DNA of 64,000 bases from Deltaproteobacteria bacterium. GTDB lineage: Bacteria > Myxococcota > Kuafuiibacteriia > Kuafuiibacteriales > Kuafuiibacteriaceae. The position numbers were made by a program, and so were the translations under genes. Positions 54,588 through 64,000 of the stretch are shown here, piece after piece (the first letter of the stretch is position 1; every line of letters starts with the position of its first letter). The DNA is taken from positions 288,001 through 352,000 of the forward strand of contig JAVJQW010000011.1 in the NCBI GenBank assembly GCA_040218735.1. Direction: 5' to 3'. The notes beneath the pieces are model-generated. The model worked only from the letters and a program-made list of their open reading frames with translations. It was not told the origin of the DNA and did not search any database.

Positions 54588-56411
54588 TCAGTTGAAGATC
54601 ATCCCGTAGAGCCGATCCACGTTCTTCGTGGTCTTCTCCATGATCTCCTGGCCCTTCTGACGCGAGAGGATCTTGTCCTTCTCGAACCGATCCGCACGAC
54701 GCCCGAGCTTCGAGTACTTCTTGCGTACGTCGTAGGTCGTCCGCCACAGCGCGCGGTACTCCCGGAGGATGCGTTTGTCCTCGAGGAGCGAAGGCCGGTC
54801 GCTGACGGCGCGCTCCACGGCGTCCCGCTTCATCAGGTACGCCACGAACGGCGTGATCCCGAGCGGGTGCTCGTCCGTGTTGATCGACCCCGGCGCGACC
54901 GGCGGCGGCGCACGCGGCGGCGGCGGCGGCGGCGCCGTTCGCGATGGCGGCGGAGGCGGAGGGGGCGGAGGCGGAGGCGGCGCGGTCCTCTCCGAGGTCT
55001 CCTCCACGGCGTCCTTCGCGTCCGCGACGGCGTCCTTCGCGTCCTCCGTCGCTTCTTCGGTCGCTTCCTCGACGGCGTCCTTCGCGTCCTCGGTCGCCTC
55101 CTCGACGTCCTTGGTCGCCTCGGCCGTCGCCTCGGCGGCCTTCGCGGCCATCTTCGCCGCGACGGCGTTGGCCTGCTTGTACTGCTCCTCGGCCTTCGCG
55201 CGGACCTCCTCGGGCATCGCGGCGATCGCCTGCTTCTGCTCCTCGGTCAGCTCGACGTCGTCGATGTCGATGTCCGCGACGTCGCCGGTCGAACCCGACG
55301 GCGTGCCGTCGATGAACGCCATGATCTCGTTGTAGGCGCCCGTCACGAACCCGTACGCGGTGCCGAGGACCGACAGCACGCCGAGCACGATGACGACGTA
55401 CTTCACCCACTTCACGAGCTTGAACGCCTTCACCCACGTGAACGCGAAGTAGAGCCCCACCAACGAGACCACCAGCGACAGCAGCGGCCCGAGCAACCGA
55501 ATGAACGGCACCGGCAACGCCGTCACGATCACCGCGATGGCGTTCGGCACCGCCGTGAGCAGCCCGAGCGTGTACGCGCCGATGATGTAGTTCGTCCGCG
55601 AGCGCGCCGTGGACTCGCCCTTCAGGAAGTTGATGATCCAGTTGAGGATCGGGTGCGCGAAGTAACCGAAGATCGCGCCGACCACGCCGCCGATCGCCGC
55701 CGCCGGAAGCGCGCCGATCAGACCGCCGAACGCGAACACCCCGTTGATGGCCGCCGCGATGAACGCCGCGATGCCGCCGATCAACGGCCCGACCACGCCG
55801 GCCGGGATCGCGTACGCCGCGATCTCCATGCGCGACTTCGCTTCGAGCCGCTGCTCCTCCGCGCCCTTCTTGATCGTCCCCGGCGGGTTGATCGCCATCA
55901 GCGGGACGTTGGCCATGTAGTACGCGATGGCCTTCGGCACCGCGACCATGAAGTAGCCGAAGCCTTCGCCCTCCGGGACCTCGTCGTCGTTGGAGCCGGA
56001 CGGGACGCCGAAGTCGTCGTCGAAGTCGGACTGCGAGCTCGCGGGCGCGTAGCCGCCATCGTTCATTCCGGCGGGCGGTGGGAAGTCGTCCATTGCACCG
56101 TTACCTGCGGGCGCCCCGGCGCCGTCCATGAACACGACCTCGAACTTGCGCTGAGCAAGCGAGAACAACATGCCTTGGGTGAGCTCGACGGGCGCCGTGA
56201 TGCGCTGCTCGTCCAGGTAGGTTCCGTTGGAGGAGTTCAGATCCTCCAAGAACCAACCACCGCTCTCCATGAAGATGCGTGCGTGGCGCTTGGAGATCGA
56301 CTCGTCTCTCAGCGAGATGTCGGTCTTCGCGCGCTCGCGGCCCAACACGGCGCCATCCGGGCCGATGTCGTAGACCATCGACGACTCGATGTCTCTGATT
56401 TCCAGTCTCAT
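54588..56411 (-). CDS. FHA-domain multi-TM membrane protein with an acidic/Pro-rich C-terminal region
   Basis: LGR...ISKRHA...LEDLNSSNGTY (FHA); about 5 TM helices; EEATEDAKDA repeats; poly-Pro. Confidence 0.82.
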   Translation of the reverse strand: MRLEIRDIESSMVYDIGPDGAVLGRERAKTDISLRDESISKRHARIFMESGGWFLEDLNSSNGTYLDEQRITAPVELTQGMLFSLAQRKFEVVFMDGAGAPAGNGAMDDFPPPAGMNDGGYAPASSQSDFDDDFGVPSGSNDDEVPEGEGFGYFMVAVPKAIAYYMANVPLMAINPPGTIKKGAEEQRLEAKSRMEIAAYAIPAGVVGPLIGGIAAFIAAAINGVFAFGGLIGALPAAAIGGVVGAIFGYFAHPILNWIINFLKGESTARSRTNYIIGAYTLGLLTAVPNAIAVIVTALPVPFIRLLGPLLSLVVSLVGLYFAFTWVKAFKLVKWVKYVVIVLGVLSVLGTAYGFVTGAYNEIMAFIDGTPSGSTGDVADIDIDDVELTEEQKQAIAAMPEEVRAKAEEQYKQANAVAAKMAAKAAEATAEATKDVEEATEDAKDAVEEATEEATEDAKDAVADAKDAVEETSERTAPPPPPPPPPPPPSRTAPPPPPPRAPPPVAPGSINTDEHPLGITPFVAYLMKRDAVERAVSDRPSLLEDKRILREYRALWRTTYDVRKKYSKLGRRADRFEKDKILSRQKGQEIMEKTTKNVDRLYGMIFN

Positions 56412-56473
56412 CTGGTTAGGCCACCGACCTTACCCATAAGTCCCATCGGGGGCCAGAAACGCCCGAGCCCCCG

Positions 56474-58891
56474 TCAACGATCTGGTCCTTTTGACTCGCC
56501 TCCCCCACCGGACCGGGGACGCCGACTGCGCGGCACCGGGAGCTCCACTGTGACGTTGCTCTCGGCCTCGGGGATCGGGAGCGGCCCCGCCAGCAGGGTC
56601 TGGACCCCGGGCGCGACCGACTTGAGGTGGAGATCGAGCTGCGGGAAAGCGATCTCCACCCCCATCTTGCGGAAGGACTTGTCGACCGCGAAGTGCAGGT
56701 CGCTGGCGATGCGGAAACGATGTTGCTGCTCCTCGATCCACACCAACAGCTCGAAATCCAGGCTACTTTCCCCAAAGGAGCGGAACTGCACCTCGGGCGC
56801 CGGCTTCTTGAGGACCTGCCCGTGCCGCTGCGCGACCTCCAGGAGGAGCTTGCGGACCAGGTCGGTGTCCGAGCCGTACGCGACCCCGACCGCCACCGAG
56901 ATGCGGACCTTGGCTTCCCCGTGCGACCAGTTCGTGACCCGGCCCCCGACGAACTCGCTGTTCGGGATGATCACCGAGATGTTGTCGCGCGTCACAACGG
57001 TCGTGGACCGCGCCCGGATCTGCTGCACCCGCCCCTGCACCTGGCCTTCGACGTCGATGTAGTCGCCGAGTTTGATCGGTCGCTCCGCGAGGATGATCAG
57101 ACCGCTGATGAAGTTCTCGGTGACGTTGCGCAGACCGAAGCCGATACCGATACCGAGCACACCGGCGACCAACGCAAACGACGACGCGCCGATCCCGACG
57201 AACCGCAGCCCGATGATCACGCCGACCATCATCACGCCGTAGTGGACGAACGTGTTGATCGCGTTCGACAGCCCGATGTCCCACGCGAGCGAGCCGTAGA
57301 CACGCGACTGCAGGAACGTCCGCGTGAAGCGTGAGATCACCAGCGCGACCCACACCGCGGCGACGAGCTCGATGACGGAGAGCAAGCTGACGCCGGTGTC
57401 CTCGACGTAGAACAGCGGCCGCTCCAAGACTTGCAACGCCTCGAGCACCGTCAGGTCGAGCCGCCAGATCGGCCACACCAGGAGCGCCGCCGCGCCGACG
57501 AACACGCCGATCGGCCACAGCGTCACCGCGACCGCCTCCGCCCGCGAGGTCGGCCAGCCCGTCTTCGCGAGGATGCGCCCGAGCCCGCCCTCGCCGAACA
57601 GCTTGCGCAGGGCCCTCGTCCCCAGGGTGAGGAGGAGGAACACGGCGCCGATGACGAACAACGTCAGCGCCAAGCCGACGAGCGGCGCGCGTGTCTGCTG
57701 GATCTTGACCTCGCGCTCGCGCGCGATCTGGTCGAGCGTCTGGACGACCCGGAGCGTCTGGCGAATCTCCAACAGCAGCGCGAGGTCGTTCTCGTAGACC
57801 TCGCGTCGCTGCCTCAGCACGTCGATCAGGCGATCACTCTCGGCCTTCGCGAGCGCGTCCCGCAGCGACGAGATCTGCACCTCGACGCTCGACCGATCCT
57901 GGTCGACCTTCGCGATACGCGCGGACACCCGCCCGAGGAGATCCGGCGGCAGCTGGATCGGTTGGCTCGTGTTCACGGCCTGCGTCGCGAACAGGATCGC
58001 CTGCGCGCGCTGCACCTCGTCCGAGAGCTTCTCCTCCTCGCGCACGAGGTGGTCGATCTTCGCGCGCACCAACGCCCGCGCCGCGTTGCGCACCGCCTCC
58101 GCGGTCTTGGCGTCGAGCCGTGTCAACCTGACTTGCAGGCCCGCCTCGCGGAGCTTCTTCCGCTCGCGCGTCAGCTCCTGCTCACGTTTGGCGCGCGTGG
58201 TCTCCGCATCGCGCAGCGCGTTCTTCGCCGCTTCGACCGCGTCGTTCGACGCACCCACGTGTTCGCGCCACAGCGTCGCGCGTCGCACCGCCAAGCGGTG
58301 ACGCGCGGTGCGCTCGAACAACCGCGCGCGTGCGTACTCGGCCTCGGTGCGCTGAAGGTGCACCTCCGCGGCGTCGGCGAAGGCGTCGACCCCCGCCGCG
58401 GTGTCGACCTTCGGCGGCGTGGAGACGAGGGTGTCGAGCCGGTCGAGGACGGCCTGCTCCGTCGCCACCTCGTCGGCGAGCCGCTTCACGATGAGCTCCT
58501 GCTCGACCAGGTCCGTGAGTGGGATGGTGCCGTCGGGCTCGGTGACGGTGACCTGCGCGCTCCGCCGCGCGTCCTGCGCGAGGTCGACGGTCTCGAGCAT
58601 CAGCTCGCGCTCACGATCCATCGCGCGCGCGAGCCGGTCGGCCCCGAACACCTCCTCCTCGGACTTCGCGCGCTCCAGGCGCGCCGCGTAGGTCTCGAGC
58701 ACCTTCTTCCGCTCCTCGTGACGCGCCTGCACGCGCTCGAGGAACCGATCGATCTCGTCCGTCAGCGGATCGTCCGTCGCGATCCGAACCTCGGGCGCGT
58801 CGCCGTTGCCGAGCTGCGGCAACGGGAACTGCGCGAACGCCGCCCCCGGGGAGGCGACGCACACGGCGACGAGGATGGGACGAAGACGCAC
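56474..58891 (-). CDS. MscS-family mechanosensitive channel with a large periplasmic coiled coil (MscK-like)
   Basis: GVLGIGIGFGLRNVTENFISGLIIL.ERPIKLGD, IIPNSEF, VGVAYGSD, IAFPQ. Confidence 0.92.
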   Translation of the reverse strand: MRLRPILVAVCVASPGAAFAQFPLPQLGNGDAPEVRIATDDPLTDEIDRFLERVQARHEERKKVLETYAARLERAKSEEEVFGADRLARAMDRERELMLETVDLAQDARRSAQVTVTEPDGTIPLTDLVEQELIVKRLADEVATEQAVLDRLDTLVSTPPKVDTAAGVDAFADAAEVHLQRTEAEYARARLFERTARHRLAVRRATLWREHVGASNDAVEAAKNALRDAETTRAKREQELTRERKKLREAGLQVRLTRLDAKTAEAVRNAARALVRAKIDHLVREEEKLSDEVQRAQAILFATQAVNTSQPIQLPPDLLGRVSARIAKVDQDRSSVEVQISSLRDALAKAESDRLIDVLRQRREVYENDLALLLEIRQTLRVVQTLDQIAREREVKIQQTRAPLVGLALTLFVIGAVFLLLTLGTRALRKLFGEGGLGRILAKTGWPTSRAEAVAVTLWPIGVFVGAAALLVWPIWRLDLTVLEALQVLERPLFYVEDTGVSLLSVIELVAAVWVALVISRFTRTFLQSRVYGSLAWDIGLSNAINTFVHYGVMMVGVIIGLRFVGIGASSFALVAGVLGIGIGFGLRNVTENFISGLIILAERPIKLGDYIDVEGQVQGRVQQIRARSTTVVTRDNISVIIPNSEFVGGRVTNWSHGEAKVRISVAVGVAYGSDTDLVRKLLLEVAQRHGQVLKKPAPEVQFRSFGESSLDFELLVWIEEQQHRFRIASDLHFAVDKSFRKMGVEIAFPQLDLHLKSVAPGVQTLLAGPLPIPEAESNVTVELPVPRSRRPRSGGGGESKGPDR

Positions 58892-58894
58892 GTA

Positions 58895-58930
58895 CGTACC
58901 CGCGCACCAATCTGGCGCGGCGCGGGTACG
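58895..58930 (-). terminator. Perfect 11-bp inverted repeat between the pckA stop and the mscS start
   Basis: CGTACCCGCGC (58895-58905) pairs with GCGCGGGTACG (58920-58930). Confidence 0.45.
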
Positions 58931-58949
58931 AGCGCAAAATTTCGGGTTT

Positions 58950-60551
58950 TTAGAGGCGGGGGGCGGACGCCAGGATCGCTTCGTTGGCCTGCCCCGCGTA
59001 CTTCTTGAAGTTCTCGTGGAACAGCCCCGCGAGCTTCTTCGCGGTGGCGTCGTACTTCGCCTTGTCGGCCCACGTGTTCTTCGGGTTCAGGACCTCGTCC
59101 GGGACGCCGGGGCACGACGTCGGGATGGCGAACCCGAAGATCGGGTCCTCGACGGTGTCGGCCGCCTTGAGGGCGCCCGAGTGGATGCCGTCGATGATCG
59201 CGCGCGTGTGCGCGATGCTCATGCGCTTACCGACGCCGTAGGGGCCGCCCGACCAGCCCGTGTTGACGAGCCAGACGTCCGAGCCCTGCTTCTCGATCCG
59301 CTCCGCGAGCAGCTCGGCGTACTTCGTCGGGTGCCACACCAAGAACGGCGCGCCGAAGCACGCCGAGAACGTGGCCTCTGGCTCGGTCACGCCCATCTCG
59401 GTGCCCGCGACCTTCGCGGTGTAGCCGCTGATGAAGTGGTACATCGCCTGGCCGGGCGTCAGCTTCGACACCGGCGGCAACACGCTGAACGCGTCGCAGG
59501 TGAGGAACACGACGTTCTTCGGCTGCTGGCCGACCGCCGGGATCTTTGCGTTGGGGATGTACTCGATCGGGTACGAGCAGCGGGTGTTCTGCGTGATCTT
59601 CGAGCTCGTGTAGTCGACCTTGCGCGTGGCCGGGTCGTACTCGACGTTCTCGAGCACCGCGCCGAAGCGAATCGCGTTGTAGATCTCCGGCTCCGCCTCG
59701 GCGGACAGGTCGATGCACTTCGCGTAGCAACCGCCCTCGATGTTGAAGACGCCGTCGTCCGTCCACACGTGCTCGTCGTCGCCGATGAGCGCGCGGTTCG
59801 GATCCGCGGAGAGCGTCGTCTTGCCGGTGCCGGAGAGGCCGAAGAAGATCGACACGTCGTCCGGCGTCTCACCCTCGTTCGCCGAGCAGTGCATCGAGAG
59901 CGCACCCTTCTTCGGCATGAGGTAGTTCATGATCGTGAAGACGCCCTTCTTCATCTCGCCGGCGTACTCCGTCCCGAGGATCACGAACTCGCGACGCTCG
60001 AAGGACAGGTCGACCGACGTCTTCGACGTCATGCCCTCGGTGTGTTTGTTCGCCGGGAAGCGGCCCGCGTTGTAGACGACGAAGTCCGGCTCACCGAACG
60101 AAGCGAGCTCCTCCTTCGACGGACGGATCAACATGTTGTGCATGAAGAGCGCGTGGTAGGCGCGCTCGCAGATGATGCGAACCTTGAGGCGGTGCTTGGG
60201 ATCCCAACCGGCGAAGCCGTCGATCACGAACAGCTGCGACCGTGTGTTGAGGTAGTCGACCGCGCGCTCGCGGTTGATGTCGAAGACCTTCTCGTCGAGC
60301 TTGATGTTGACGGGGCCCCACCAGATGTTGCCGCCGCTCTCTTCGTTGTAGACGACGCGTTTGTCGGTCGGGCTGCGTCCGGTCTTCGCGCCGGACAGCG
60401 CGACGAGTGCGCCCGTCGCGGAGATGGCGGTGCCCGCCTCGCGGCGAAGCGCTTCTTCGTACAGCTTCGCGGGCGGCGGGTTGCGGATGACGTTCTTGAC
60501 GGAAATGCCGTGCGGCTCGAGGTTCAGATCCGAGGTCATGGTGGGCTCCAT
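58950..60551 (-). CDS. pckA: Phosphoenolpyruvate carboxykinase (ATP)
   Basis: [46 protein letters not shown]. Confidence 0.97.
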   Translation of the reverse strand: MEPTMTSDLNLEPHGISVKNVIRNPPPAKLYEEALRREAGTAISATGALVALSGAKTGRSPTDKRVVYNEESGGNIWWGPVNIKLDEKVFDINRERAVDYLNTRSQLFVIDGFAGWDPKHRLKVRIICERAYHALFMHNMLIRPSKEELASFGEPDFVVYNAGRFPANKHTEGMTSKTSVDLSFERREFVILGTEYAGEMKKGVFTIMNYLMPKKGALSMHCSANEGETPDDVSIFFGLSGTGKTTLSADPNRALIGDDEHVWTDDGVFNIEGGCYAKCIDLSAEAEPEIYNAIRFGAVLENVEYDPATRKVDYTSSKITQNTRCSYPIEYIPNAKIPAVGQQPKNVVFLTCDAFSVLPPVSKLTPGQAMYHFISGYTAKVAGTEMGVTEPEATFSACFGAPFLVWHPTKYAELLAERIEKQGSDVWLVNTGWSGGPYGVGKRMSIAHTRAIIDGIHSGALKAADTVEDPIFGFAIPTSCPGVPDEVLNPKNTWADKAKYDATAKKLAGLFHENFKKYAGQANEAILASAPRL

Positions 60552-60575
60552 ACTACGCCACCCCCCGATGTTGAA

Positions 60576-60596
60576 GATGATCCGAATTTGATCATC
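60576..60596. promoter_or_regulatory. Inverted repeat GATGATC-N7-GATCATC upstream of pckA
   Basis: Relatively AT-rich palindrome 25-45 nt upstream of the pckA start. Confidence 0.35.
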
Positions 60597-60618
60597 GACG
60601 CACGGCGTCGTCGGGGTT

Positions 60619-61671
60619 TCAGGGGGTGGGGGGGCGAATCACTTTGAGGCGCCCCTCGAGCCGTTTGCTGACGTGCACCACGTTGTCCTCGTCGACCACG
60701 ACCGCCCCGGCGCCGTCGATCGACTCCACCACCGCGAGACCGCGGTCCGCTCCGAGGATGAAGACCGCCGTGGACAGCACGTCGGCCGTCATCGCGTCGT
60801 CCGCCATCACCGTGACGCTCCGCGTCCCGCGCGCGGGTCGACCGAGGTCCGGATCGAGGATGTGGTGGTACCGCTTCCCGTCCTTGATGAAGAACCGCTC
60901 GTAGTCGCCGGACGTGGAGAAGGTCTGATCGGTGACCTCCGCGAACGCGAAGAACTCACTTCGCTCCTTGCGCGGGTCCCGCACGCCGACCCGCCACGGC
61001 CGGTCGCCCTTCTTCCCGGCGCAGTACATGTCGCCGCCCGCCTGGACCATGAAGTCCTCGAGGCCCGCCGCCCGGAGCATCCGCACCGCGCGGTCGACCG
61101 CGTACCCCTTACCGATCCCGCCGAGGTGCATCCGCATCCCGGCGTCGGCGAGCTTCACGGTGCGCTGGTCGTGGTCGACGAGCACCCGCTCGTAACCGAC
61201 GAGCGGCACCCGCGCCTGGATGTCGGCGTCGCTCGGGATCTGATCGTCCTGGTCGTGGTCGAACTTCCACAACCCGGCGAGCGCGCCGAACGTGATGTCG
61301 AACTTGCCGTCGGTCTTCTCCGCGAGCTCCAGCCCGCGCTCGACGACCTCCAAGGTCTCGGGCGACACCTCGACCGCCTCTTGGCCGGCGGCGTGGTTGA
61401 TCCGGCTGACGTCGCTCTTCGGCCGCCACACCGAGAGGAGCGTCTCCAGCCGGTTGAACTCCGCGAACGCCGCTTCCATCGCCTTGACCGCGCGTTCGGG
61501 CTCGGCGGTGTACGCGGTGATCGTCAGCTGCGTCCCCATCGCGCGGTGGGAGCGGTAGACGATCTCGCGGTCGTCGGCCGGCTCCGCCGCCTTCGGCTCG
61601 GGCGCCTCGGCCGACTTGGATTTGCAGGCCGCGAGGATCAGGAGCGCGGCGAGCGCGACGCGTCGCATCAC
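60619..61671 (-). CDS. apbE: FAD:protein FMN transferase (lipoprotein)
   Basis: LAAC lipobox, [46 protein letters not shown]. Confidence 0.95.
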   Translation of the reverse strand: MMRRVALAALLILAACKSKSAEAPEPKAAEPADDREIVYRSHRAMGTQLTITAYTAEPERAVKAMEAAFAEFNRLETLLSVWRPKSDVSRINHAAGQEAVEVSPETLEVVERGLELAEKTDGKFDITFGALAGLWKFDHDQDDQIPSDADIQARVPLVGYERVLVDHDQRTVKLADAGMRMHLGGIGKGYAVDRAVRMLRAAGLEDFMVQAGGDMYCAGKKGDRPWRVGVRDPRKERSEFFAFAEVTDQTFSTSGDYERFFIKDGKRYHHILDPDLGRPARGTRSVTVMADDAMTADVLSTAVFILGADRGLAVVESIDGAGAVVVDEDNVVHVSKRLEGRLKVIRPPTP

Positions 61672-62153
61672 TCGGCGCCGAGCTCGGCCTCGACGAGCTT
61701 GGTGATCGCCTTGCGATCCTCGTCGAAGAAGCCCTCGTGCACGTGTTTGACGGAGCCGTCGCGCCCCAGGAGGACGGCGGTGGGCATCGTCTGGAGGTTG
61801 AGCCGCTCGGGGATGGACCCGGCCGGGTCCCGCAGCACGGTGAAGCTCACCGGCTTGGCCTCGAGGAAGGCCGCGACGTCGGCGTCCTCCTCGTCGACCG
61901 ACACCGCGAGGATCTCGAAGCCCCGCTCCCCGTACTTCTTGGCGATCGCGTCGTAGAACGGGAACGACGCCTCACACGGCTTGCACCAGGTCGCCCAGAA
62001 ATCCACGAGCACGACCTTCCCGGCGAAGTCCTTCGTCGAGACCGACTTGCCGGTCGTGTCCGGCAGCGTGAAGTCGAGGGCCTCGGCCTTCGGCGCGACC
62101 TTCGGCGCCGTCGCGCACGCGGCGAGGAGGAGCAAGAGCGGCGCGGCGCGCAT
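61668..62153 (-). CDS. TlpA-family thioredoxin lipoprotein
   Basis: LAAC; GKVVLVDFWATWCKPC. Confidence 0.92.
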   Translation of the reverse strand: MRAAPLLLLLAACATAPKVAPKAEALDFTLPDTTGKSVSTKDFAGKVVLVDFWATWCKPCEASFPFYDAIAKKYGERGFEILAVSVDEEDADVAAFLEAKPVSFTVLRDPAGSIPERLNLQTMPTAVLLGRDGSVKHVHEGFFDEDRKAITKLVEAELGAE

Positions 62154-62365
62154 CAGTTACACCCGCACCCGCCGCCGGCCACGGTGCCGCCCGGCTTAGC
62201 GCCCTCCCGAACGTCGAGGCCGTGCGCGACGAACTCGCCGTTCACGAGGTTGCACTTGTCGTTGGGATCCATCGACGCGTGGGTGAGGGGGCCGCGCTGC
62301 CAGGCCTTCACCTCGGCGCAAGCGCCCAAGGCGCCCACCAACATCAACGCTCCGATCCAGCGCAT
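62153..62365 (-). CDS. DUF4266 small lipoprotein
   Basis: LGAC.EVKAWQRG.L....M...REG...GG...GGGCGCN. Confidence 0.88.
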   Translation of the reverse strand: MRWIGALMLVGALGACAEVKAWQRGPLTHASMDPNDKCNLVNGEFVAHGLDVREGAKPGGTVAGGGCGCN

Positions 62366-62493
62366 CGCGCGGGATGATGGACCGGCCGTTGTCCGAGACG
62401 CAAGGCGGACTTACGCCCGCTTGACCCCTCGGCGGTGCGCACGTTCAACTCGAACCACGATCGTCGACAACGACGTATCGATCCTCGTCGCCC

Positions 62494-64000
62494 ATGGTCA
62501 CGACCCCCGGACTCCTCCTGCTCCTCGTCGCCCAGGGCGCGCCCGACTCCGCGCGCGCGCTGCAGATCGATCTGACGCCGACCGGCGACCCGCAGATCGC
62601 GATCTGGCTGGAGTCGGCGGACGGGGACTTCGAGAAGACGATCATGGTGACCCGCCTCGTCGGCACCTTCGGGCTCGGCAACCGGCCCGGCCGCCCGGAC
62701 TTCGGCGGGAGCCTCCTGTTCCCCTACGGCCGCCGCGAGATGGCCCTCCCCGTCTGGGCCCACCGCCGCGGCGTGCAGTACGACCGCATGGTCTTCCAGG
62801 ACTGTAAGGAGAGCTGGCTCGGCTGGCACGAGGCGACGTCCTCGCCCGAGCCGTTCTACTGCCGGCCGATGACCCACTCGGAGATGAACGCGGACGCGAT
62901 CAGCTGCCCGACGACGCGCTTCAACACGGACAAGGGGATGCCGTTCCGCCTCGTCGACATGAGCAACGCGTACTGCCAGGAGCTGGTCGGCATGTCCGAC
63001 ACCTCGGTGTACCCGCCGCGCAACGACATCACGACCGAGGAGTCCCTCCGCGACTGGTCGGGGGTCCTCACGATGCGCGACATGAACGACCTCGACGCCG
63101 TCTCCCGCGCGACGCCCGCGTCCGACAAACCCATGCGCCTCACCTACGCGCTCCCGAACTCGCTGCCCGCGGGGGACTACGTAGTCTGGGTCGAGGTCAA
63201 CCAGGAGTACGACACCAACGCGGACCACGTTTACGACTACTTCGTGGATCCGGCGCTGCGCGACTACGGCATCCCGCACATCGGCCAGCCCTCCATCGTC
63301 TGGCAGATCCCGATCGCCGTCACCGGCACCGCCGCGGCGGCGAGCACCCTCGAGTACGCGGGGTATGGCGCGTACGACGGCCAGGACGGCGAGCTGAGGC
63401 CGCCGGACGGCTCGATCACCAGCGGCGTCGACGGCACCGGCGCGGGGCGCCTCCTCGTCGCGAGCAGCGCCGGTGAGGACTACCGAGTGAAGGTCGTCTA
63501 CCTCCCGAGCTCCGAGTGCACGGCGCCGCCGACGGTGAACGACTTCAGCGTCGAGCCGCTGGAGTGGAAGCAGGTCGAGGTGCAGTTCACGACGAACGAC
63601 GCCGCCGCGCGCTACGAGATTCGCTACCAGGCGGGCCGCGACAGCATCACGGACGACGACGACTTCGGCACCGCGGTGCCCGGGCCGGAGATCGACCCAA
63701 CCACGACGAAGCAGTTCCTCGCCGTGGACGCGCTGCAGGCGGACAGCCTCTACACGTTCGCGGTGCGCAGCTACAACCTGTGCGGCGAGCCGAGCCCCAT
63801 TCAGACCTTCGTGGTCCGCACGCCGGAGCGCATCTACGCGACGGTCGACGCCTGTTTCATCGCGACCGCAGCGTACGGCTCGAAGTACACGCGCGACGTG
63901 GTGACGTTCCGGAAGTTCCGCGACGAGGTGCTCCTCACGAACGGCCCGGGGCGGTGGTTCGTCGAGGCGTACTACGAGCTCAGCCCGACGCTCGCGGGTT
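62494..64000 (+). CDS. Surface protein: DUF2271-like flavinylation domain + FN3 + CFI-box-CTERM (partial, runs off the right edge)
   Basis: Hand translation: [15 protein letters not shown]...[18 protein letters not shown]...DAVSRATP...[14 protein letters not shown]...YEIRY...[17 protein letters not shown]...[10 protein letters not shown]...FRDEVL...[13 protein letters not shown]. Confidence 0.8.
   Translation, partial: MVTTPGLLLLLVAQGAPDSARALQIDLTPTGDPQIAIWLESADGDFEKTIMVTRLVGTFGLGNRPGRPDFGGSLLFPYGRREMALPVWAHRRGVQYDRMVFQDCKESWLGWHEATSSPEPFYCRPMTHSEMNADAISCPTTRFNTDKGMPFRLVDMSNAYCQELVGMSDTSVYPPRNDITTEESLRDWSGVLTMRDMNDLDAVSRATPASDKPMRLTYALPNSLPAGDYVVWVEVNQEYDTNADHVYDYFVDPALRDYGIPHIGQPSIVWQIPIAVTGTAAAASTLEYAGYGAYDGQDGELRPPDGSITSGVDGTGAGRLLVASSAGEDYRVKVVYLPSSECTAPPTVNDFSVEPLEWKQVEVQFTTNDAAARYEIRYQAGRDSITDDDDFGTAVPGPEIDPTTTKQFLAVDALQADSLYTFAVRSYNLCGEPSPIQTFVVRTPERIYATVDACFIATAAYGSKYTRDVVTFRKFRDEVLLTNGPGRWFVEAYYELSPTLAG

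Overview
GC-rich (roughly 70% by eye) bacterial DNA with gene content typical of Myxococcota. It is densely coding, with about 54 CDS; I saw no rRNA, tRNA, CRISPR array, integrase or transposase. Recognisable blocks, in order: (i) a 3-gene operon of an Aha1/SRPBCC protein with a histone-H1-like Lys/Ala tail, a Methyltransf_16-type protein-lysine methyltransferase and a pentein (DDAH/amidinotransferase-fold) hydrolase; (ii) an orphan NuiA-like protein; (iii) a TtpC-type (TonB2-like) uptake operon with a TonB-dependent receptor, headed by an acidic lipoprotein and preceded by Pho-box-like repeats; (iv) NHEJ genes ku and ligD, with a MerR-HTH/TPR gene coupled to ku; (v) a yfa/mag-type alpha-2-macroglobulin operon that keeps a CxEQ thioester and includes an HExxH + SxxK/SxN/KTG fusion protein; (vi) a lower-GC three-gene island (43.56-47.78 kb) whose central protein has a beta-pore-forming-toxin-like amphipathic hairpin, my best candidate for an undescribed system; (vii) housekeeping genes (ABC-F, MscS, pckA); (viii) a DUF4266-TlpA-ApbE flavinylation cluster divergent from a DUF2271-like/FN3/CFI-box-CTERM surface protein with a non-canonical flavinylation motif. 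All family calls come from motif recognition by eye, with no database search.
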